From positions 1,222,604 to 1,286,603 of the forward strand of contig JAAOMT010000226.1 of assembly GCA_016748015.1 (NCBI GenBank): a DNA stretch of 64,000 nt, read 5' to 3'. Positions 49,780 through 62,600 of this stretch are shown piece after piece. Position 1 is the stretch's first letter, and every line of letters starts with the position of its first letter. The position numbers and the translations under genes were made by a program. Source of the stretch: Geosiphon pyriformis uo1. Lineage: Eukaryota > Fungi > Glomeromycota. The notes below the pieces were generated by a model. That model was not told the origin of the DNA, made no database searches, and worked only from the letters and a program-made list of their open reading frames with translations.

Positions 49780-52700
49780 TATTATCAGAGGTTTTTGGTC
49801 TCTTTTTTTGAATGTTGTTAATGTTTGTCTGTTGCTATTTTCACGTTTTCTGGAAGCAGTTAAATCTCCAATAACTGAATTTATCTTCAAATTATCTCCT
49901 ATAATTTGAACTGCTGGACTTATGAGTAAAATGACCAATTCCATGCCAGTTACTTTGTGTAGTTACATTGTAATAAATGTCAACTTTTTCCCAGAAATTG
50001 TTCATCTAAAAGCTTACTAAAAATGTGTAGTTACTTTGCTGTGAAAGTCAACTCTTTTACAAAAATCTTGTCTGTAGGTTACCTTAATGATTATGATAAA
50101 AAAAGAACAGAAAAATAAAAGAAATGTAAAAGAAATAGAATTTTATCAAGGGAAACGTTTTTTATCTAGACCTGGAATCACTAACAGATTACTGAAATTG
50201 GTAGCTAATCAATTTTAAAATGTTAGTTGTATTGAGAGAATTTCAAGTATAATAATTTTAAGAATTTGTTTTTCAAATATTTAATTTTTATTTAAGATGT
50301 GTAAAAAGTGATTTGTTCTAATTAAAATATCTAAAGTGAGATACTATGTTAAAATACTGTGAGAAAATACATTTTCTTGAAGAAAGAAGCTCTTCTTTTA
50401 TATAACTTGTTGTAGTACTAGTCTTTGAACTTGCACTTTTCTCTTTGCTACAATTTTGGTAAACTAAAAATACATTTTGGCAAACTACAAGTTATTTTAC
50501 TGAACTATTGATTATTTCGGCCAATTTTTATTAATTTCGGCGAATTTTGACTATATTAAATGGTTCAAGATATTGTGTAATTTGGTCATCTTAATTTTTA
50601 TGATACAAATCGGATTATTGATTGAGTAATAATATTTGATAATTTGATTAAATAATAAGTGGTAATTGAAATAATAATATATGCTAATTAATAATAGAAA
50701 TTATAAGAGTAATTTCATGCTAATTAATAGCTAAAATTCTACTGGTAACATAATCTCCTTCTCAAGACTGAGCTCCATTGAAATTCAAGTACTATCTGTA
50801 ATATTAAGATAGTAATCCAAAATAATTGAAGTAATTTGGTCTGAAAATTGTTGAAATTTCAGTTCTGTGAGCTTTCCAATATATTGAATCTTTATTAGAT
50901 AAAGTATTGGATTTTGTAAGACGTTTTCACAAGTGTTGAATAACTTATAGAGTTTAAATGCTGCTTTAAGTTTGTAGTAAGTGTTTGTTGATCTAGCTGC
51001 TGTCTTGAATTTATTGTGAATTTGTTTTTGTATAGTCTTAGGAGTAATGTTGGTTGTTTCAAGTTCCAGTTTCTGTTTATAAAGTGTTTTTCCAATATAA
51101 AAATATCTATATATAAAGGTATATTTATTGTTCTGTTTATTGAGAAATAGTGGAAGTTTTTGTTGAATGGTGGCATTTGGTAGAATGTTAATAGAAGCAA
51201 TTAAAAGGTTTTCTTTTAATGCTTGCTTCAAAAGTTTTGGTAATTGGATTCCAGAGTGACCTTTTGTTTTTCTTCTATAGAAGTAATAATTCTGAAAATT
51301 ATTTATTATTAGTGTTGTGGTTTCTTTCTGAGTATAATTAATTTGATTTTTATTAATCATTATGGATAAGTCAGGAAGTGTTTTCAAAGCTAACATTAAT
51401 TTTTGGGATATTTGTTGAATATTTTGGGGAATAATCATGATAAAAATTGACTAATTAATAAAGAAAATTTGAAAAAAAATAAAGAAAATTATTTTTGAAT
51501 ATAGAATTTTTATTTGTTTTTGGGTTTGAGTGTTTCTTGTAATTATTTTACTATTTTTGTTTTTGTTTTCATTTGTTTTTTTTTTTTTTAAAAAGAATTA
51601 TTATAAAAAAATATTTTTAAATTAAGTGTTCAAGTTTTGTTGTTGTTCTATTATAATTATTGGTTTTAAATTTTAGAAAATATCTTTAAGACTAATTAAA
51701 GAAAAATGTGTACCAATTTGTAGAATTAATGGTTCAAGATTGTTTCTGGAATAATAGTGTTTTAATCTATCTCCATGTACAACTTTTGCTAGTACTTTGT
51801 CATCAAGTCTTAACTTGTATGATTTATTGTCTAGAATTTTATGGATATAAAATAGTCCATCCCATTTATGTTCAAATTTTTTACTCCATTGTTTTTCAGC
51901 TTTAGTTCTGTATAAGAAAACTTTATTTTCTACTTTAAATTTGTTGGTAACTGATGGCAATTTGTTGTTATGTCTTTCTTTTTGTTGGGCTTGAGAGTAT
52001 TTAATATGAGTGGCTGCTATATGTCTTTTTTCTTTCTATGTACTAAAAAGAGTGTAGGCTTTTCTTTAGAGTGTTTCTTGAAAGTTTTTTTCATTGGTTG
52101 GTTGCACTGAGTATGTTTTCACTGTGAAATTAATTGGTAATGTTGCTATTCTTCCATAAGTAAGATCAAATAGTGTGTGTTTCATAGTATCTTGTTTTAG
52201 TGTTCTGTATATTAGTAACACTGATGGAATAAAGATATTCTATTTCTGTTCAAAATTTGTTAAGACTTTGGCTAAAAATTCACACAATGTTCTGTTGAAA
52301 CATTTTACAAGTCTATTTGTTTAAAGATAATAAAGTGATAATAAAGGTCTTTTAACATTGAATTATTCACAAATTTCTTGTATCAAGTTGTTTACAAAAT
52401 GTGTTCCTTGATTAGATAAGAGTTCAATTAGGCATCTATATCTACAAATAATGTCTTCATAGATGAAATTTGCTACTAATTTTGCATCCACTTTTTGGAT
52501 GGCTCTAGCTTCAGGCCATTTGGTAAAATAATTTACTGCAATTGCAATATAACAATTTCCTTGGGTTGTAATAAGTAATGGTTCGACTAAATCAATTCCA
52601 ACTCTGTCAAAAGGTTGTCCAACTTTGATTGGATTTAAAGATTCTGTGGGACAAGTTTCTTTTCTTCTTTGACAACTATCACAAAATTTTATATATTGTC

Positions 52701-55700
52701 AAATGTTTTTTTGCATATGGGACCAAAAATAATGTTCAAAAATTCTTTGAATTGTTCTATCTTTTTCCAAGTGTGCTGAAGATAAATCTGTGTATATGTT
52801 ATATAGGATTGTTTCTTTTTTATTTTCCTGTACTAATCTGAATAATTGGTTTGGTTTTTGTGATTTTTGTAATAGATTTTGTTATAGTGTATGAAATATT
52901 GTTTGAATTGGTGTTGTAATCAATGTTTTTCACTTAAAAACCAATTTTTTGGTATGATAAGAGTCTTCAAATAGTTTTTAAGATTGTTGTAATTTCTGGG
53001 ATCTATTGTTGTTTTGTTGTTTTGTTGATAGTAGTAAGTTGTAATAGATTTGTTGGTGGTGTTAATCTTGTTTTATTCTTAAGAGGCTATCAATATTGGT
53101 GTGTAGTTTTCTTGGTTTGTGGTGTACAATATATTTGTAGTCTACTAGAAAAGCATTCCATTAAAACTGTTTGGCACTTTGTTCAGTTTTCTTTTTATTG
53201 AGCCATTTGAGACCAATATTGTCAGTTATAATGTTAAATTTTTTTCCATTTTTCAGATATTGCTGAAAGTGTTTAAGAGCCCAAATGACTACAGCAGCTT
53301 CTAATTCAGTTAAGCCATATTTGAGTTCTGTAGACTTGAGTGTTCTATTGGCATAAGCAATGACTTGCTTCTGGCCATTTTCATCTAATTGTAATAGGAT
53401 GACACCAAATGCTATGTGTAAAACATCAGTGGCTAGTTGAAACTGTTTGTTAAAGTCTGAGTAAGCAAAAACTGAAGCTGTTGTCAATTTTGTTTTGAGA
53501 GTTTCAAAGACTTTCTGCTGTTCTTCAGTTCATTAATATGGCACATTTTTGTTGGTAAGATAATTGAGTGATTTGGCAATTTCTGAGAATTCTTTGATGA
53601 ATTTTCAATAGCAAGAAACTAATCTTACAAATCCTTGTAGTTCTGTAGTATTTTTGGGAGTTTGAAAGTTTTTGACAGCACTAATTGTTCTAGGGTTTGG
53701 TTTGGCTCCATTTTTGTTGACAATGTGTTCAAGAAAAATTAAACTTGTTTTTCCAAAGTGACATTTCTTAATGTTTAATTTCAATCCTGCTTTCTATAAT
53801 TATTGAAAAACTTCTCACAGGTAGATAAGATGAGCTTCAAAATTTGGTGAGTACACATCAGTATTATCAAGATAGACAATTACTGACTGCCATAAAAATC
53901 CTTCATATACAACATCTATGAGTCGCTAGAATGTTGCTGGTGCATTGCAGAGTCCAAAAAGCATAATATTGAACTCATAGTTTCCTTCTTGGATGGTAAA
54001 TGCTGTTTTGGGTCAATCTTTTGGGTCTATTTCGATTTGTCAGTATTTACTTTCTAAGTCTAAAGTTGAAAAGAACTTGGCTTTTCCTAGAGCATCTAGT
54101 ATGTCATCAATTTTTGGAAGTGGATAGGCATCTTCAATTGTCACACTGTTGAGCTAACAATAATTTACACAGAATCTGATTTTTTCGTTTTTCTTTTTAA
54201 CAAAAACTATTAATGAGGCCCAAGAACTTCTTAATGGTTGAATCAATCTTTTATTAAGCATTTTTTGGACCTCTTCTCTAATAAATTGGTGACTAGCATG
54301 TAGAACTTGATAGACTTGTTGTTGTTTTGGTGGAGCATCTCTTGTATGGATCTAATGTTAAACAATGTCAGTTTTTCTTAGATCATTGTTGTTTTTTGCA
54401 AATATATTTGCAAATTTAGCTATTAGCTGTTTTATTGTCTTTGTTGTTGGGATTCTAAGGGACCCATGTTAATTTAAGAGAGTTTTTCTTCCAAAAGGTA
54501 GTAGTTTTCAGTAGTAAAGATAATATTTAGATTTGGAAATAGAGTATGTCTTACAATTTCGATAAAATTAGAGATGATTTGAGGGTTTTCATCTTGAAAG
54601 ATGTTACTGTATATGATTTTAATTTCTGATTTGTTCAATAAAACAATAGAATAATTATTGGGGTTGTAGAATGTAACTTGAAATTTTTTCATTCCTTTAG
54701 GAATATAAACGTTTGGAATTGAGATTTTATGCTTTAAACAGATTTATTTATTGGATTCAAAGATTTGTTGAGTAGTAGTGAGTTATGAGCAAGTGTAAAT
54801 TTCGTGATGTTTTCCAAAAGGTAAAATAGTAATTGGTTGGGAAAGTTGAAAAATCTGGTGAGATTTATTCTGTGTATTAAAAGCTATGTTTACTGGAACT
54901 GTAAATCATTCAGTTGAACCAAAATCTTGCATTCCTCTTTCACTTTTTCCTAATTGTTCTCTGTTGTTAACTGATTATAAACTTGAAATGTTAATTAAGA
55001 GTAGGTAAATTGTTTGGGCAATTTTTTCAGCATGTTCAATCCTAAATGGTTTGTCTGTTTTATTCTGTAACATGATATTAATGTCTCCAGTATATTCTGC
55101 ATCTATGACTCCTTCTCTAACATTGATTTCTTTGTTTGCCAATAATAATCAGGAAGCAATTTGGACTATTACTCTTAGTGATATTTCAAGAGCAATTTTG
55201 AGATTAATTTTGGTTAAAGATTTTGGTTAGAGAACCAAAATGTCTTTATCAGAATATCTTAAATCATATTTTGCATCAATTTCGTGGGCTTTTTCTGGTT
55301 TTATTCCTTTTCTATTGTTGTCAAAGTATTTGAGTTGTATAACAGATTGGTTTTTAGTAAGATAAATTGGAGTTGTTGCAATTTTTTCTTCTGGCTTAAG
55401 TTTTCCAAACTCAATTTTCTCCTGGTCATTTTTGTTGGGTAAGGAGATGCTAAGTGCATAGTATTCTGGACACCATTTGTTATCACAAAACATGATGTAT
55501 TTTTCACACAATTGAATGTTCATTTGCTCTAATTGTTGAATTTGAGCTTCTTAAGTCAGATAAATGTGACTTGCAATTTGATGGTATGTTTCCACTTCAT
55601 CTTCATAGTTGAATTTAGCTAATTCTATTGTATATTCAATGTATTCTGCTTCTTTCATTTGGCAGACATTTTTTTGTATGGCTCCATTAATTAAAGCTAT

Positions 55701-58700
55701 TACTAAATCAAAGATTATTTCAGCATCATAAGAGTAGTGGTAAAGTTTGTTGAGAGCACTGTTGTATGTTGTATCAAAAAGTGTTTCTTTTTTGACTTTT
55801 TTTGAGATTGATAGAGCATATTGGCAGGTTTGATCACATACTTTTTCTTTCATTGCAACATCAATCCAGTTGTATTTTTCTGGTAGCATATCTTCATATA
55901 TGAAACAAGAAATGTTGTTTTATTTTTCACTTCTTTTGGGATATCTAAATCGTTTCCTATGACATGCTTTGCAAAAGTAGCAGGTGCAAGTTTCATATTC
56001 CTCTTTTGGAGAAATACATGTTTCCATTAATGAAAGTTTTTTGTTGTAATCTTTGTATTTAAGTAGAATATAGAATGGTTGTTTCTGTGGTTCTGGTGTA
56101 GAATATCTAACTACATTCTATCTTCTGGTTTTCTCAAAGATTTTTTGTTCTGTTTCCTTGGCCCAACTGGATGTTAATCCAAAAATCATAAAAATTTTAA
56201 TAATTGGTAGTTCTTTCTCCTCTTCAAATTCGAATACTAGAGCTTTTTCAGATTTTTTATTAAAAGTACCACAGATGACAAATACTCTAGTGTATTGTCC
56301 TTGGTATGAAATTTTCAATTTTTGGGTTTTCCAATCTAAATTTGTATTGGCCTTGAAAAGCCAATTATTTTTGATAAGAGCTTGGTATTATGGTACATCT
56401 ATGACTAAAACTTTGACTGGAATGATAATTCCATCAATTGTAAATAGGAAGTTGTCAATTTCTCCGACTGATGTCTTTTTTATCCCATCTGCTATAACAA
56501 TAACAATTTGGGCTGGTCTGTCAACAGTTCTTTGAAGCTGTTGTATTAATTGATAAATAATAATACTTCTAGCTAATCTACTGTCTAAGATTAATTGAAT
56601 TTGTTTTTCTTCAATTTTAGCTTCAGTATACATTGCTGTAATTGCTTTTTGTTCATTGACTACTGTATTGCTAAACAAGAATGGTGATTTATTGGCTTCA
56701 AATTCAAAAAAAAATATATCTGAGAGGTTGGTATTTTGAGCAATTTGAGCTGGTAGAATAGTATTATTGGAAGGGTTTGATCTTGGTACTGCAACTTCAT
56801 TTTCAAAAAGTGCAGTTTGTTGAAAATCCGATTTTTTAGGCATTGTAAAATAACTAGGTTGAGTGTAATGGTAATTGGGTCTTTGCTGACCAGAATTTCG
56901 GGGAACCAATTAGTTGTTTGAATTGATTCTGTTGTTATTGTTCTGAAATTGATTTTGAGGTGTAAATTGGTTATGTTAAACCACTTTTTGGGCTGGTACT
57001 TAATATTGTTGTATAGGTGGTTGTTGATACTGTTGAATTGGTAGAAGTTGTTAGTATTGTTGCTGTGAAGCAGATTGATAGTAATTGGTTTGCTGTTGGA
57101 GTCTTAAGAAATAGTAGGCTGGTGGTGGAGACTGATAATGAGATTGCTGTATTGAAGAGTAATGTTGATTACTCCTGTTTTGTTGGTCTCTTTGTAGCTT
57201 TCTGCAATCTCGTTTTCAATGTCCTGGAATTCCACAATAGTGGCAACTTTGGCTTTGGCTGTTTGATGATAAGTAGTTGTTTTGGTTTTGTTACTGTGGT
57301 GGCTAATATTTTTGTGATTGTTGCTGTTGTTGTTGATTGGTAAAATAGTTTTCAACCTTTTTTATAAGTTGGTCAATTTTTTCTTCAGCTGCTGAGCTGG
57401 TTTTTTCAATAGCAAGATTTACAAGTTTGGTATAATTTGCTTCTTTCATTGTTATTTCATAGTTCTTTGCATGTCTAATAGCTGTTGCTAAATTTTTTGG
57501 GACATGTGGGTGAACTTTTTTGATTAACTTGTCTTTTAATCTTGCTATAAACTGATTCAAAATCTGGACATTGAAATAGTATTTATTGGTTTCCAATTGT
57601 CAAATTCATCGAAGAAGTTTGTTGAATCTCTTAAAATAGGTTATAATAGTTTTAGATGTTTCTTGTTTGATATTGTGAAAGCAATTGCAAAGAATAATAG
57701 AGGTGTTGTTGTCAGTAAATTGTTATAAAAAAGCATTTTTAAATACTTGCCAGTTTTCAAATGGTTCTTCTAAGTTTTCAAATCATTCTTCTGCAATTTC
57801 TTAGAGAAAGTATGAGATTGCTTTGAGCATTTTTGCTGCATTCCAATCATTTGTGTCTTCTGTTTTTTGAACTTTGTCAAGCCATTCTTGAGGGCTGGTA
57901 TCATTATTTTTACTAGTAAATTCTGGAATTTTTGCAATATAAGCAGTTGTTATTTCCTTTTTATTTTCTGTAGTTTTTTCTAATTCTGATTTAGTTTTTT
58001 CACTTTCCAGGTTCTTCAAATGATTACTTTCGTTTTTCTGTAAGTAATCAAGAAGATTGGTGCTAGTTGATATTGGTTTTTGCTGTTGAGTAGGATTTCT
58101 AGGTGACTGAAAATCTTCTGGTCTGAAGAAATAGTTAAGTAGTGAATTTGGTGTTTATGGTCAAGCAAATGAAATTGGAAATGGTGTAATAGAAAGTGGT
58201 AATTTGACACTGGTTTCTTGTTCAGGTGTTTGTAAGTGTTTGGCAGTTGTTTTGGGGTTTTTGGAGTATTTGGGGTGGTATTTGAGTGTTGTTTTAATTT
58301 TTGTTTGTTTTTGTTGCTTGTTTCTGTCTTTGATTCAAAGTCAATAGAGTATTTAGACTGTACTGAATATGTTTTTTTACAATACTTGATAATATTAAAA
58401 TTAAGTTCTTGGAAGTAGATGACAAGTGTTTCACTGTTAAGATCTTCAGTTCCCAACTGTAAATAGTGCACTAAATTATTGTAGAGGTTGCTTCTAACTT
58501 CTAAAATGTTGTAATTTCCAAGAAAATAATTGTTAATACAGTTTTCAATATACTGGTAAAATGTCTTCTTAACAATTTCAATTCCATCTGGAATGTTGAA
58601 TCTCTGCTTGCAATGGGTGTAAATTAACTGATAATACTTTAGAGTTGTTGTGTTTGGTGTGGTTGCCACTTTGAAGTTGTTATTGCTGTGTTATTTTTAT

Positions 58701-59685
58701 AGGAGAGCACCAAATGTTACCAGAGGTTTTTGGTCTCTTTTTTTGAATGTTGTTAATGTTTGTCTATTGCTACTTTCATGTTTTTTGGAAGCAGTTGAAC
58801 TTCCAATAACTGAATTTATCTTCAAATTATCTCTTATAATTTGAACTGCTGGGCTTATAAGTAGAATAGCCAATTTCATGCCAGTTACTTTGTGTAGTTA
58901 TGTTGTAGTAAATGTCAACTCTTTCCCAGGAATTGCTTGTCTGGAAGCTCACTAAAAATGTGTAGTTACTTTGCTGTGAAAGTCAACTCTTCTACAAAAA
59001 TCTTGTCTGTAGACTACCCTAATAATTATGATAAGAAAAAAATGGAAAAATAAAAGAAATGTAAAAGAAATAGAATTTTATCAAGAGAAACGTTTTCTAT
59101 TCAGGCCTGAAGTTACTAACAGATTACTGAAATTGGTAGCTAATCAATTTCAAAATGTTAGTTGTGTTTGAGGGAATTTCAAGTGTAATAATTTTAAGAA
59201 TTTGTTTTTCGAATATTTAATTTTTATTTGAAATATGTAAAAGATAATTTGTTCTAATTAAGATATCTAAAGTAAGATATTATGTTAAGATACTGTGAGA
59301 AGATACATTTTTTTGAAGAGAGAAGCTCTTCTTTTATACAATTTGTTGTAGTACTAGTCTTTAAACTTGCACTTTTCTTTTTGCTACAATTTTGGTAAAC
59401 TAAAGATACATTTTAGCAAACTATAAGTTATTTTACTAAACTATTGATTATTTCGGCAAATTTTCATTAAATTCAGCAATTTTGACTATATTAAATGGTT
59501 TAAAGTATTGTGTAATTTGATTATTTTAATTTCTATGGTACAAATCGGACTATTGATTGAGTAATGATATTTGATAATCTGATTAAATAATAAGTGGTAA
59601 TCGAAATAATAATATATGCTAATTAATAATAGGAATTATGAGGGTAATTTCATGCTAATTAATAGTTAAAATTCTACTGGTAACA
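49780..59685 (-). mobile_element. Full-length Gypsy family B element, decayed
   Basis: 971-bp LTRs 49780-50750 and 58715-59685; perfect TSD CCAG/CCAG; PBS TGGTGCTCTCCTA; PPT GAGAAGGAGATTA; gag-PR-Cys-rich-dUTPase-RT-RH 58669-53062; IN 53006-51673; ORF3. Confidence 0.95.
50785..51438 (-). CDS. Family B ORF3, hypothetical 217-aa protein between IN and PPT
   Basis: Open ATG-started frame; homologous segments occur in families A, C and D. Confidence 0.7.
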   Translation of the reverse strand: MIIPQNIQQISQKLMLALKTLPDLSIMINKNQINYTQKETTTLIINNFQNYYFYRRKTKGHSGIQLPKLLKQALKENLLIASINILPNATIQQKLPLFLNKQNNKYTFIYRYFYIGKTLYKQKLELETTNITPKTIQKQIHNKFKTAARSTNTYYKLKAAFKLYKLFNTCENVLQNPILYLIKIQYIGKLTELKFQQFSDQITSIILDYYLNITDST

Positions 59686-62600
59686 CCAGAAGGCTACTGA
59701 AACAACAATTGAATTTCTGTTCATTATACAAAAGACTCAACCAAAATCTTCAGATTACCAAAACTTTTAACTATTAACAATTAGATCAGCCATTAAGCAC
59801 CAAGTTACGAATTTGTTATTTGATTTGAGACCCCAAATAAACACTTGTAATATTTGGTGCTTCCTGTGAGGTTTAATCTAACAGAGAACCAACACCAACA
59901 ACATTCATCCAAAACAGTGGCAGAATCTGAAGAAACAGGAACAAATCATTTGGAATTTGCAAAATTCTTATTCCAACATTATCACACCTATTTCAAATTA
60001 ATAAATAATAGTTGGCCAACAGAATCAGCTTTTAATTGCTATGTCAACAAAAGAATAATATATTATTTGGGAGGCCAAGAAGATCCAGAATCTGCTTTCA
60101 ACAATTTTTTCAGTAAACTACTCCAAAGCACCACATTGTCACAGAATTATTTATTTGCATCACTAATTACAGAAATAAAAAAATACACCAAACAAAGATT
60201 TCCTATTATCTTTGCTAACAAAAGAAAAAAAAGATTGCAAACACCAGCAGGAACCCCAAAACAAATACAATTATTTACTTGGAAAAAACAGAGAGTTGAT
60301 TCACCTGCTAATTCATTATATTATTATATGCCCAAAAGCACTATTAATATAACATTAATAGGTGCATCCACCACAAATGCAACAACATCATTAAACAGAA
60401 TCCTGTTTCAAAGTAAACAAAAGAAAACAGAATTACTAAAAATGTATGGTGATTATTTTGAGAGATTTAAATCACAATCTCCAACATTATCAGGAACTCA
60501 ATTACCACTACTACAACCAAATTTCAAAGCCATTAGTCCTTAAGAAATAACCAACTCCAAGGAAAAGGAAACTAACAATCAAGAAATTAATAAATGAAAT
60601 CCAATTTTAGAAAATCTGGAAATTCAAATCCTGATCATTTCAACTCAGTAAAATCAGAACAATCCAAAGACTGCTCTTATTATTGCCCAAAACTTACCTT
60701 TAGTAATCATAATCAATCTACTACCAGCCCTACCAATTGCTGAACAACAACAGCAATAGCCACAACCACCATCCCAGCAACAACTGCAATAGCAACCTTA
60801 ATTTCAACTGCAACAACAACTACTATTAGTACCAATAGCATATACACTTATTGTCAAAATTGAAAAATTTATTGGCAAGAAAGATAACACCCAAGTATGG
60901 CTCAATAATATAGAAAAAGCCATCGCAGCCAATAGATAAAATGATGACAGAGCTCTTCAAGTAATTCCCTATTTTCTCCAAGATATTGCTAATTTATAAT
61001 ATCAGAGCTTAGCCACCAGACCACAAACTTTCCAAGAATTCAAACTTGAATTCTTAAGATATTTTAGTAATAATAATAGCATTAACTGCTTGGCAAATAC
61101 CTTTACTATTATCAAGCAAAAAGAAAGTGAAGCAGTTACTATCTACCTAGGATGCTTCTACAGAAATTTGCACCAAATTCAAGTCATTAACACTGACTAT
61201 TTTACAATGACCCAGATCTTGAATCAGTTTATCCATGGACTATGAAGTAACATTTTCCAACACATACATCCATTATATTTAGCCACCCTTCAAGCCACAG
61301 TCATACATACCAAAGACTTTGAATTAGCTGAACTAGAAGCCAATCTTACACAAGCCATAAATTTAGTAATAAACAGATTATCTGACTTGAATTTTAAATT
61401 GAAACAGTTCAGTAATTTGATCAATTAGAAATTAGAAAAATACTTAGCTAACAACAATTAGGCAATCTATCAACTTTTACAATAATGCAATAATTAGAGA
61501 AACTCAAATCATTTCCAAAATCAATTGCATCTATTATCATTGAGCAATCAACAGTGACAACAGAAAACACATATTTGCCACTATTATGGTAAATAAAAAC
61601 ATTTAAGAATCAATTGCTAATTAAGAATAGACAACCAATGATCAGGAAATTAGTATTGAAATTCTAATTACAGATTTTAAACTTCAAACTACACCAACAA
61701 TTTATCAACCAAACAATATCAATATTAGTCTCATTACTCTCAAATGACACAGCCAATTTATCAAACACTAATTTATCAACCAGCAACATCTATAATTTAT
61801 CAACCACTGCAACCACAAATAATTTATTAGGCACCTATAATTCCAACACTACTATCAAACACAGCTCAGATGACATTAGGAAATCCCAGATCAAAAGTCA
61901 TCCAAAACTGGAAATTGGTGATAGTTGTTCACTAACTAATTTCCAGTTCATTAAATCAGCCATCAAGATTGTGCCAGCAGAGTTTAAGAACCAAGTACAC
62001 CCAAAACCTGAATTCCCAACACTATTTAAGTCTCTTGGTCATTTCAGAAAATGTCTCACCCAACAACTAAGAAACCAGCCAAAAACAGCCACTTACTAGC
62101 AACATTCTACTAGCAATCAGTACTAAGAACAAAACACTTGCTGTCATATTCTCTTTTAAACTCAAAGAAACTGCTTCAGTTCTATTACTTAGTGAAATTG
62201 TTCTTGACACCAAACCCATTACCACAATGTACACTAATGTCAGAGTTGATAGTCAATCTATCAAGCTCATTCTTGATAGCAGTTTAGCAAACAGCATCAT
62301 TACAAGACAACTCATGAACCAATTAGGTCACCAAGTTGATCATACTGCCAGCACCAGAATCATTACAGCCAATAGAGTAACCAAAACTTCTATAGGCAAA
62401 ATCAATAACTTTCTATTTGAATTCAATGGTATCATTATCTCTATTAAAATTTTAGTAATGGAAGCCACCTAATACCAAACACTTGTCAGAAATAACTAGT
62501 TGTCCAAAACCAATACAGTGCTTGATTGGATCACACAAAAGCTCCAACTCAGTCAGAATGGACAACAAACATATGTACCAGTCATGTGTAGTCACTTCAA

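Noticed and set aside
50785-51438. ORF3 as an env glycoprotein or chromodomain
   Set aside because: No signal peptide, TM anchor, furin/fusion motif or chromodomain aromatic pattern visible.
51673-58669. Reassigned genetic code (TAA/TAG=Gln, TGA=Trp/Arg) explaining in-frame stops
   Set aside because: Stops differ between copies, come with missense transitions at conserved residues, and the host gene ends at TAA with no internal stops.
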